Shown here in pieces: positions 55,641 through 64,000 of a stretch of DNA of 64,000 bases (position 1 is its first letter; each line of letters begins with the position of its first letter). This DNA comes from Thecamonas trahens ATCC 50062 (Eukaryota; Protista; Apusomonadida): assembly GCF_000142905.1 (NCBI RefSeq), contig NW_013657633.1, positions 107,154 through 171,153 on the forward strand. The letters run 5' to 3'. The notes below the pieces were generated by a model, which was given only the letters and a program-made list of their open reading frames with translations, did not search any database and was not told the origin of the DNA. A program made the translations under genes and the position numbers.

Positions 55641-58127
55641 TCAGAACAGGCTCCGAGCAAGGCCGTCATCGGCGCCCTCGGTCGCGACCGGCGTGGCGGT
55701 CTTGCTCGCGAGCCGGGCCGAGCGGCGCGAGGGCGTGACCGGCTCTTCAGCCGCAGCCGACCGTGACCGCGACCGCGTCGTCCGCGAACGCGTCTGTGAC
55801 CGCGACCGTGTCTGCGACCGCGATCGCGTCTGTGACCGCGACCGCGACCGCGGGCGCGACGACGGCGAGTCAACGTCGCTGTCGACCGCCTCATCATCAT
55901 CGGCCGCCTCGCCGTTGTGTGCGTGCTGGTCGGCGTCGCTACCCACCGGCACGACACGGGTCTGCGACCGCGACCGTGACCGCGTAACACGCGCGGGCGG
56001 CAGCGAGGGCTTGGCCTCAGCCTCCTCGGCCTCCTCGGCCTCGTCAGCCGCGTCGGCCTCGTCGCTGAGCGGAGCCATGACCGGCGCTGGCGAGCCCTTG
56101 GCAAAGAGCGGCGAGACGACGTTGTACTCTTTGACCTCGGTGAGGGTGCGGGCAAAGGAGACGGCCTTCTTGCTTGTGGTCACCGCCCGATGGTGCCGCT
56201 TGGTCATCGGCGTCACGGTGCCGGCCACCGGTAGGTCACCGACCTCCAGATTGGGGTTGGGCGCGTACGCGTAGCCAGTGTCGGCAAGCGTGGCCGACGT
56301 GACTGGGCGCTTGTGGGCCGACTTTGTGGCGCGAGTCGAGCGGCGCGCGGGGGTGAGGACCATGCCGTCGCCGAGATGCGAGGGGGCACGGACCGGCGTC
56401 ATGATCACAACCGAGGTACGTGCCGTTGCGTCGGGGGAGGAAAAGCCAACACCGCCAGTCGCCCGCTCAGAGCGCGGCTGATGCCGCTTGATGGCTGCCG
56501 TCAGCGGCGAGTCATCGCCGGCGCCGGCAGCCTCGGCCCGACGCGCAGCCGCCGTGCTGGGCGTCTGCGGCTTCTTGGTCAGCGAAGCGTGGAACGACCG
56601 GGAGAGGACTAGGGCTGGTGGCGAGGCAAGCGGATCCGACTCGGCCTCGTCAAGCGCGGCCGGTGCAGGCAGCGCGTCGGGCGACGGCGGAAGCGCTGTC
56701 GCGGCCTCGAGCTCGGCCATCGACTCGGCAACCTCGATCGTGTCCGCGGCAATCTGCGAAATAGCCTGTGCAAGCTTGGTAAACTTGCGCGGAGTGACCG
56801 GCATCGACATGGTTGTCGACGCCGTCGCCGCCGCGAGCTTGGCCTGGTGGGCGCGCCCGCAGAATGCCTGCAGTCCAGCCTGAAGCTCGGCGTCGGGCTT
56901 GGCACACGCCTCGAGCGCGGCCTCGTACGTTGCAATGACCGCGTCGTACGAGCCACGCGCCTCGTGCAGCTTGGCGTACTGGATCCAGTACCGCGCCTCG
57001 CCGTGAAGCGAGCTCGAGATCTCGTCCTGGAACAGCCGCAGCGCCGCGTCGTAGTCGCCGTTCTTAGTCGCCGTCATGGCGTTGGCCAAAAGCTTGTCGT
57101 CCGACAGCGGGCCGACGTGCATGATGACTGCATCCTTCTTGTGCAGAGGCGCAAAGCCACGGTGCTTACCGACCGAGTTGGTAACGTCCGACAGCGCGCG
57201 CTTCACCACCGATCCGCCTGGCTGGGTCGGGCCGCGACGCTGGGGCGTCGACTCGCTGGACGCAGAAGTTGCAGTCACAGCAGCCACAGCCGCAGCTGCA
57301 GGAGGCGCGGGCGCAGGCGATAGCGCAGGCGTGGGGGCCGAGGCAGGCGTGGCCTCTGCCGCCGGCTTGGTAGAGAGCTCGTCCGCAAAGGTCGGGATGT
57401 GCATGCGAGAGGGGGTCGGCGGCGCACGAGCGACTGGAGCAGCACGCGCCGCCGGGGCACGAGTAGCCGGGCGCGCCGGCTTGCGCGACATGCCAAAGGT
57501 AGTTGGCACATGGCCAGCGGGGGCGAGGTCATCGGCAGCAGGCGCCCGCTTGTTGCGGCGCGCCTCGCGCGGCTGCGAGATGCGAGCGCCAAGCGAGCGG
57601 CTGGCATCAAAGACCGGCTGGCGCATGGGCGTGACAGCGCCGGCGACCAAGCCACCATTACGATCAGCGAGCGGCGAGAGGGCGGCAGCGGGCGCCTTTC
57701 TTGCCGATTTGGTCGCCTGCAGGCCACCACCGCCAGCCCGCCTCTGCTTCTTGGCAGACTCGGTAAGCGCCTTGAGCGCTTCTGTTCGCTTCCGCAGCTC
57801 GTTTGTCCGCTTCATGCGCGCCTTACTGTGGCCACCAGACCATGAGGCGTACCATGAACGGGGGGGGGGGAGGGGGGGGGGGCGAGCGGGCGAAGGAGCA
57901 AAAGTTTGAATGAATTTGGGTGAGGAATACGGCGCCAAAACAGGGGAGCATACAGGCGGGTGTATCCAGAGGGATAGGAAAGATGGGGGAGAGTAGAGGT
58001 ACACAAGGGAACAGTGGGAGTGTGTACATGATACATACCGCTTCTCGGCCTCCTCGGCCTTCTTCTTCGCTCGGGCCAGCTTCCACTGCTCGAGCTGCTC
58101 CCGGCGGGAGAGTGCCGCCGTCTCCAT
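55641..58127 (-). CDS. CKAP2-like microtubule-associated protein, 2 exons (58127-58039 and 57825-55641)
   Basis: N-terminal RREQLEQWK; helical domain ARYWIQYAKL...VIATYEAALEACAKP..EL; TPVR and LTPARRSTR motifs; YAPNPNL. Intron GTATGT(58038)...CACAG(57826). Confidence 0.65.
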   Translation of the reverse strand: METAALSRREQLEQWKLARAKKKAEEAEKRYVSCTHSHCSLVYLYSPPSFLSLWIHPPVCSPVLAPYSSPKFIQTFAPSPARPPPLPPPRSWYASWSGGHSKARMKRTNELRKRTEALKALTESAKKQRRAGGGGLQATKSARKAPAAALSPLADRNGGLVAGAVTPMRQPVFDASRSLGARISQPREARRNKRAPAADDLAPAGHVPTTFGMSRKPARPATRAPAARAAPVARAPPTPSRMHIPTFADELSTKPAAEATPASAPTPALSPAPAPPAAAAVAAVTATSASSESTPQRRGPTQPGGSVVKRALSDVTNSVGKHRGFAPLHKKDAVIMHVGPLSDDKLLANAMTATKNGDYDAALRLFQDEISSSLHGEARYWIQYAKLHEARGSYDAVIATYEAALEACAKPDAELQAGLQAFCGRAHQAKLAAATASTTMSMPVTPRKFTKLAQAISQIAADTIEVAESMAELEAATALPPSPDALPAPAALDEAESDPLASPPALVLSRSFHASLTKKPQTPSTAAARRAEAAGAGDDSPLTAAIKRHQPRSERATGGVGFSSPDATARTSVVIMTPVRAPSHLGDGMVLTPARRSTRATKSAHKRPVTSATLADTGYAYAPNPNLEVGDLPVAGTVTPMTKRHHRAVTTSKKAVSFARTLTEVKEYNVVSPLFAKGSPAPVMAPLSDEADAADEAEEAEEAEAKPSLPPARVTRSRSRSQTRVVPVGSDADQHAHNGEAADDDEAVDSDVDSPSSRPRSRSRSQTRSRSQTRSRSQTRSRTTRSRSRSAAAEEPVTPSRRSARLASKTATPVATEGADDGLARSLF

Positions 58128-58628
58128 GGTCGTTTGATCAAGTCGAGTGGTGTGTGTGGACAGAATACGGGGGGGGGGTTGCAGGCGGCACAAGGGACAG
58201 TCATAGCAATTCCAGAAAAGGCTGGCTGGCCCAATGTTGAACGGACAATTCCTGCTGTACATGTTGGACAACACGGTTGTTCGACATTGAGACGACGATG
58301 TGTTGAACGATGTCAATCAACTCGGTTGGATCAGCATCTCCCAGCTGTTTGGAGGCCAACAATAGCGCCGTGTTGACCGTAAGGCTCATGCCCGTCAGGC
58401 CTCATGCCCATCACAGCTCATCCCAGCTAGGGCCGGCATCGTCCCCAACCACGGGGTAGGACCAAACCTGCACCAGAAAGGTCTCCATCGTCAACGTGTA
58501 TGGATTCTGGGAGTTGGGCGGCGAGTGTTTATCGATCGCCACGCCAATGACGAGTGTGGGCGTGATCACAGGGACAGACCGCGAGCATGAGGAGTGTGGA
58601 AGGGATAAGGGTGGAGATAGGGGGGATG

Positions 58629-58862
58629 CTACTGTTTGAACAAGATCTGGGTCCCGTGCTGCGTAGTCGGCAGCCAGCGGCCGTCCTCAAACTGGACCCA
58701 GCCTGGATGGTCATCCGACTCCTTGCCCTTGAGCAGAGCGCCATTCCGCGGCCAGTCCGCGTCAGACGAAGTAGCCGACATCTCGGGCTTGGTGCGGTAG
58801 AACATACCCGTGCATCCGTTTGCAGACGCGTCCACCTTCCATGTCTCCATTCCGTCGGCCAT
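58629..58862 (-). CDS. 77-aa microprotein of unknown function
   Basis: MADGMETWKVDASANGCTGMFYRTKPEMSATSSDADWPRNGALLKGKESDDHPGWVQFEDGRWLPTTQHGTQILFKQ; high-complexity sequence, host-like codons, ATCATGG start context. Confidence 0.6.
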   Translation of the reverse strand: MADGMETWKVDASANGCTGMFYRTKPEMSATSSDADWPRNGALLKGKESDDHPGWVQFEDGRWLPTTQHGTQILFKQ

Positions 58863-59088
58863 GATGCTGATCCTGGTCCTGGTCCTGGTCCTGATCCTGG
58901 TGCTGCCTGTCGGTCTGCCCACCGCCCACTCCCACACACACCACACCAAACCCCGCACATACACACACACCACACACACACCACACACACACCAAGCACA
59001 ACCGCATGCACGTACATCCGTCAGTCGGTAGCCAGAGCGCGCCTCCTTCCTCCACCCCCCACGTCCTGCGCACGCTCCCTCGACAACC

Positions 59089-59089
59089 A

Positions 59090-59135
<46 letters not shown>
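59089..59135 (+). repeat. (CA)n microsatellite
   Basis: read directly. Confidence 0.95.
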
Positions 59136-59138
<3 letters not shown>

Positions 59139-59363
59139 CATGCATGTACTACCTCCCCCCCCCCCTGCCCCTTCCCTCCCTTCCACATACCAAGACAAGA
59201 GATAGCGAACACCCATGTCCGTCTGACGCCATCACCCCAGTCGGCGACCAGCGCCAGGTCTTGACGGCTTTTTCCTGTTTGGTGACATGTTCACCGCAAA
59301 CACGACCGCGATCGCGATCAGGCACCTCCCCACCACGCCTCACACACCCTCACCCAGTCCACC

Positions 59364-61807
59364 ATGGGCAACAAGACCCTGTTCCAGCTGCTCATCTTCC
59401 TCCGCCATCCATATGCAATATCCACCGAGACCGTGGCCTCGGTAGCCTTGCCTCCGCTCACATACTCGGCCAACGGCTACCGGGCGGTGACAAGGCTGGG
59501 TGGGCGGAGCGTGTCGTGGTGGGCCGTCGACGCCGTCCTCACCGCCCACGCGCCGGTAATCGTCTACGCAGCGTATCTGTACTCGGACGACTTTGTGGTC
59601 CTGGACGAGCTCCATCTTCCTCTGCTCCATGCTGATGCACCGGCCTGCTACGCCTATGATGCCCTCGCTCTCGTTCCCTCGCCGGCCTGCTCCTCACCGA
59701 ACGCCCTTCGCACCGCTGCCGTCGCTGCTGCTCCTCCTCACGCTTCGCCGCTGGCATGGGAGACCATCCACGCTGATGACGGCAGCTGGCGGCTAGTGTG
59801 TGCCTGCCCAAACCATGGCGCTGGCTGGTACCGCGTCCGCTCGGGCCACACCGACGACGTGGTGGTCTCGATTGCTCCGCCCGCTCTGGCCCTGCTCTCG
59901 CTCGATCCCGACGAGTCTGTCCCCGACGACGTACACCTCCACGCCTATGCGCTCATGGCCACAGGCTTGGTGGCCCGTGTCGAGCTTGTTTATCGCAACA
60001 CTCCGGTCGTCGTCTCGGTCCCACATCTTGCGCCAGACGGCGCGCTCCGCGTCGTTCTCCACAATGCATCGACATGGCGCAACCTGGCCAATGCCGAGGC
60101 CGCCCTCCCCTACGCCCGCCTCTCCGCCAAGCTCGCCCTCGAGATCCCGCTCTTTAATCTCCCACTCCGCTCACATGACTTTGTCGACTGGTGCCATCGC
60201 CCGAAGAGGCCCGCTTGTCTCCCCTCACTTGCTCACCTCGCAGCCGCGGCCGCCGTGCCGAACCTGGCAAGCTTTCCCGACGCACAGCTCGCCGCGGCGC
60301 CTCTCGAGGTCCGCGCCGTTCTCCTTGATCACGCCGTACAGTTTATGGCCGAACTTGGAGCTGCCTTTGGCCCGCTTGTCCTCTCGCCGCGCGCACTCCT
60401 CGCCGTTCTGGTCAGCCTCGCGCCGCCGAACCAGTTCTCGCTCGCGTACTGGGCCTGGCTCCCCGCAGCCATTCCTCGAGCGCAGATCTTGCACACCTAT
60501 CTGTTTGACGTGCTCGGCATTGGCATGCCTAATAGGCCAGCATCGCTGAAAGTGCTCTCCCTGGCCGGCGGCGAGCCTGTTGTCCCGCGTGATGACAGTG
60601 CCATTGCCGCCGGCGACGCCGCCTGGGCCTATCCGCTCGGCGAGTCATCGGAGCTGGCCGACGTCATGCCGTCAGGCGTCTCGCCGTTCAGCGGCGCCTC
60701 GTCGTGTGCGCTGAGCCTCGATGACGTCGTTTCCCAGGCCATGGCCGTCTCGGACCTTTGCTCGCCGCTGGCCACCCTTGGCCTTGTCTCACTCGACCTC
60801 TCGCACTGCACCGATGTGAGCGGTGCGACGCTCGCGGCAGTCGTCGGCGAGGTGGTTTGCGGCGGTGTGCTCCGCAGCCTTGCCATTGCCGGTTGCGTCC
60901 ATCTCTCGCTTGACGAGCTGGCGGCGCTCCTTGACGCTGCCAGCACGGCCGAGTTGACCAGCCTCGACGTGTCGGCCCTGTCGCCCGAGCTCCAAGCCAC
61001 GGCCTGCACGACTGTTTGCCGCAGCATGACCTCGCTGCAGCAACTGGCTCTCCGCGAGTACACTGCACTCCCGCCCGGCGCTGCAGCCGATTTGGGGGCT
61101 GCCTTTGACACTGTCTCTGGCTTTGACCTCAACATCAGCGGCTCGTCCAGCCTTAATCTGCTTGATCTCGGCTCGCCGGTGCCATGGGGTGTAGTCCGCG
61201 CCAGTGGCACCGCCCCCATAGACCTTGCCGACCTGCTCGACGTCTTGTCCGCCGCAACCGTCATCTCCGTGAGTGTCTCCGGATGTGCCCGCGCACTGAG
61301 CGCGCCACGGCCGGCTCCCCTCACCGACCTCGATCTTTGCAGCTGCTACCATGAGCTGATGTCGGAGATGGAAGGCGAGGTCATGCTCGATGCCCTGATT
61401 CCGCTCCTCACTTCTTCTCTGCTCTCTCTCCACCTCCCGTCATGGGCACCGGTCGACGATGCGTTTCTGGCAGCCCTCAGCGAGTCTGCAACATCACTGG
61501 CTGCGTTCACTGCCCACAACGTCGGGCGGCAAGTGGCGCTGCCGTCGCCGAGTGGATGGACCGGGCCCACGCTCTAGCTTCGGTCTGTCTTCACGGGCTC
61601 AAGGGTGATGACCAAGGCGGCGCGCTGGCCGAGGTTCTGGACGCAGTCCGCGGATTCGACGCCGACCGTGCAAGCGTGGGGCGAGCGCTGGAGTCTGTTG
61701 TCCTCCGTGTCGGCTCGGCGGACGATGTGGTTCTTCCGCCCGATGCACTGGGCGGCACCGAGGTCGACGGCTTGGACGCGGTGCGGTGCGTGGTGATCCG
61801 AGTGTGA
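59364..61807 (+). CDS. Hypothetical protein with C-terminal cysteine-containing/RNI-like leucine-rich repeats; single-base deficit at 61524-61526
   Basis: LVSLDLSHCTDV, LRSLAIAGCVHL, LTSLDVS, LTDLDLCSC. The LRR-like pattern continues in the -1 frame (ALASVCLHGL...ALESVVLRV) to 61807. Confidence 0.65.
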
Positions 61808-61830
61808 GAGGAGAGCAGGTGTCTTTAGCT

Positions 61831-64000
61831 TTAGTTCGAGGGATTTGTGGACGCGCCCGAGTCGCGGCGGAGCCTGTCCATGGTGCTGGCTTCGCGACGG
61901 AGTCGGGCGATGGAGTGCTCTGAGGCACCCGAGTCGCGGCGGCCACGGTCACTGGCGTCGTCTTCCATGGCAGTGACCTGTTTGAGCTGGCGCTCAGAGA
62001 GGTCGTTGAGAGCGGCGACTGAGATGTAGGTGTACGTTCCCCATGCGTGCTTGGTGTTGAGCGAGTCAAGCTCCTTCTCGACATCATCGTCGCCGGTAAA
62101 GGTAATGAGCGAGGTCTTGCCCTCGAGCAAGCGGGTCAGCTCGTCCTCGTCCTCGTCCGGAGCCGGCCCAGCGCCGCCGTCGTGCGAGTCGCCGAATTCG
62201 GCGGTGATGTCGGCGGCCGGATCGGCGCCAGTCGCACCGCGGTCGTACGAGTAGTCAACGTCCGGGTTGGGCACAAACGGGCCGTCGCGGTCGAGGAGGT
62301 CGTCCCAGTCAATGTCGCGGAAGAACGGGTGGCTTTTGACCTCGGACGCCGAGTGCCGCCCCAGCCGCTTCCGCGGGTCGATGGTGAGCAGCTTGGAGAT
62401 GAGGTCCTTGGCCTCCTCCGAGATCTCCTCGGGCACGTCAGGCCACACGATGCGCCGCTCGATGATGTTCTCAAAGATGTCTAGCGGCGTCTCGTCGTTG
62501 AATGGCGGGACGCCGGTGAGCATCTCAAAAAGGATAACTCCGAGCGCCCACCAGTCGACCCGCTCGTCGTGCGAGCCATGCATGATAATCTCCGGTGCGA
62601 GGTAGTCCGGCGTACCCACAAACGAGTGCTTCTTCTGCGCACCGCGCTTGAATGACATCGAGGCAAAGCGAGTCGCCGAGCCGTCGTTGGGAACGACAAC
62701 CGGCGCGCAGCCGCCGACCGCGCCCGCGGCAGCGCTCGACGTCCCGCCAGACGAAACATCCGCCGACGAGTGCCCCGCAGAGATTGGCCGGGCGAGGAGT
62801 ATCGACTGCTGGTCGCGGTAGGTGTCTGACAGCTTGAGCCGCCCGGATGAGCGCTCGTTGGAATCGGACGGCGCGGCGCCGGTCTGGATCCGCCGCGGTG
62901 CCGTTTGTGGGATTGGCGGTCGCGAGTACGAGTCCGAGCCGCCCTTGTAGTACTTGCTGCTGCGCTGCGGCGTCCGCGGCGTGACCGGCACCGACGGTGA
63001 AATCGGCGTGGTCGGCGACGTCACGTCGGCAACATCGATAATGCCGCGGGCCTGGGTTGACGACGCAAGACCAAACGAGGTCGACGACGAGAGCGACTCG
63101 GACGACGATGACGATGACGAGTCGCGATGGCCGTCAGGTCGGACAACCGTGGGAATGGCGTTGAGCGGGCCTGAGCCGTTCAGCGAACCAATTTCGGTAT
63201 CCTCGTCGATGAGGTCGAGCGCCATTGGCCCTAGCGACGACGAGTTGTTCGACGCTACCGAGTGGGTTGAGTTGCGCCGCATCCGCATCCGCATCGCTGG
63301 TGGAACTGCCGCTGACGGCGAGACGTTCCGCATGTTCGGGTCCGGCGTCTCACCGAGTGACATGTTGACCGCCGAGTACGATGACGACATGATCGACGGT
63401 GAGAGCTCCGACGCGCCGCGCCGCCGCCGGATGCCGTGCGGGCTCGGCCTTGGCGGGCGTGGGCTCGCCTGGGCTGCCTGTGGCGACCGCTGCGGCGATT
63501 GTTGCGGTGAGCGTTGCGGCGACATCGACCGCGACCGCGCGGGCGTGCTCGAGCCGGACGACCGCGACGACCGCGACGACCGCGACGAACGCATCGCCCG
63601 CGGTGACGACCGCGATGCCTGTGATGACCGCGTTGCCACCAGCTGTGCTCGCGGGCCAGCAGCCACCTCCTGCACCACAATCGAGAGCCCTGACGGCTGC
63701 AGCATGCCCACGCCTCTGGCATCTTTGCTGGTGCTCCTGCGCTTGCCGCTCTTGCCCTTACCCTTACCCTTGCTCTTGCCCTTGCCCTTGCCCTTGCCCT
63801 TGCCCTTGCCCTTGCCATTGCCATTGCCCACAGCACTGCCGCCCGACTCGTCCGAACCGGCAAACAACACACGCGCAGCCGACGACGGTGTGGTCTGGGC
63901 TGGCGACGGGCGCCCGCTCGGTGTCTTGCTGTCTGCGTACCGCGAGCCGTGGTGGACCGTCCGCGGCGAGTCGCCGCAGTCGGCCTCGCCCGGAAGCACA
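61831..64000 (-). CDS. AGC Ser/Thr kinase of Greatwall/Rim15/MAST type, C-terminal part; 5' end lies outside the window
   Basis: FVGTPDYLAPE...VDWWALGVILFEMLTGVPPFNDETP..IFENI....IVWP...ISEEAKDLISKLLTIDPRKRLG...VKSHPFF..IDW...PFVP, preceded by >450 aa of disordered sequence. Confidence 0.88.
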   Translation of the reverse strand, partial: VLPGEADCGDSPRTVHHGSRYADSKTPSGRPSPAQTTPSSAARVLFAGSDESGGSAVGNGNGKGKGKGKGKGKGKSKGKGKGKSGKRRSTSKDARGVGMLQPSGLSIVVQEVAAGPRAQLVATRSSQASRSSPRAMRSSRSSRSSRSSGSSTPARSRSMSPQRSPQQSPQRSPQAAQASPRPPRPSPHGIRRRRGASELSPSIMSSSYSAVNMSLGETPDPNMRNVSPSAAVPPAMRMRMRRNSTHSVASNNSSSLGPMALDLIDEDTEIGSLNGSGPLNAIPTVVRPDGHRDSSSSSSSESLSSSTSFGLASSTQARGIIDVADVTSPTTPISPSVPVTPRTPQRSSKYYKGGSDSYSRPPIPQTAPRRIQTGAAPSDSNERSSGRLKLSDTYRDQQSILLARPISAGHSSADVSSGGTSSAAAGAVGGCAPVVVPNDGSATRFASMSFKRGAQKKHSFVGTPDYLAPEIIMHGSHDERVDWWALGVILFEMLTGVPPFNDETPLDIFENIIERRIVWPDVPEEISEEAKDLISKLLTIDPRKRLGRHSASEVKSHPFFRDIDWDDLLDRDGPFVPNPDVDYSYDRGATGADPAADITAEFGDSHDGGAGPAPDEDEDELTRLLEGKTSLITFTGDDDVEKELDSLNTKHAWGTYTYISVAALNDLSERQLKQVTAMEDDASDRGRRDSGASEHSIARLRREASTMDRLRRDSGASTNPSN

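Noticed and set aside
1-64000. tRNA, rRNA or snRNA genes
   Set aside because: None were recognisable by eye; a covariance-model search would be needed to exclude them.

Overview
GC-rich, gene-dense, intron-poor eukaryotic genomic DNA with four N gaps. Gene content and style fit a flagellated protist related to opisthokonts, possibly an apusomonad such as Thecamonas; this is inference only. About 19 protein-coding genes are supportable: a C2-domain protein, a coiled-coil protein, a giant (~20.4 kb, ~6,800 codons) degenerate outer-arm-type dynein heavy chain, SMC4, RPB7, an F-box/WD40 protein, ELL, two hypotheticals, an EEF1AKMT2/Efm4-like methyltransferase, an R2R3 Myb, TRAPPC10, an OTUD3-like deubiquitinase, a RasGEF, a flavin oxidoreductase, TRIP4/ASC-1, a CKAP2-like protein, a 77-aa microprotein, an LRR protein and the 3' part of a Greatwall/Rim15/MAST-type kinase. 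Main observations: (1) the dynein has lost its AAA1 catalytic glutamate, AAA1 sensor-1 and AAA4 P-loop, yet is expanded by large inserts, so it is a candidate pseudo-motor. (2) A decayed piggyBac element lies between two TTAA sites that each contain the stop codon of a flanking convergent gene. (3) Convergent genes nearly touch or overlap. (4) A saw-tooth G/C skew flips at divergent promoters. (5) Four single-base deficits in short homopolymers are probably assembly errors.
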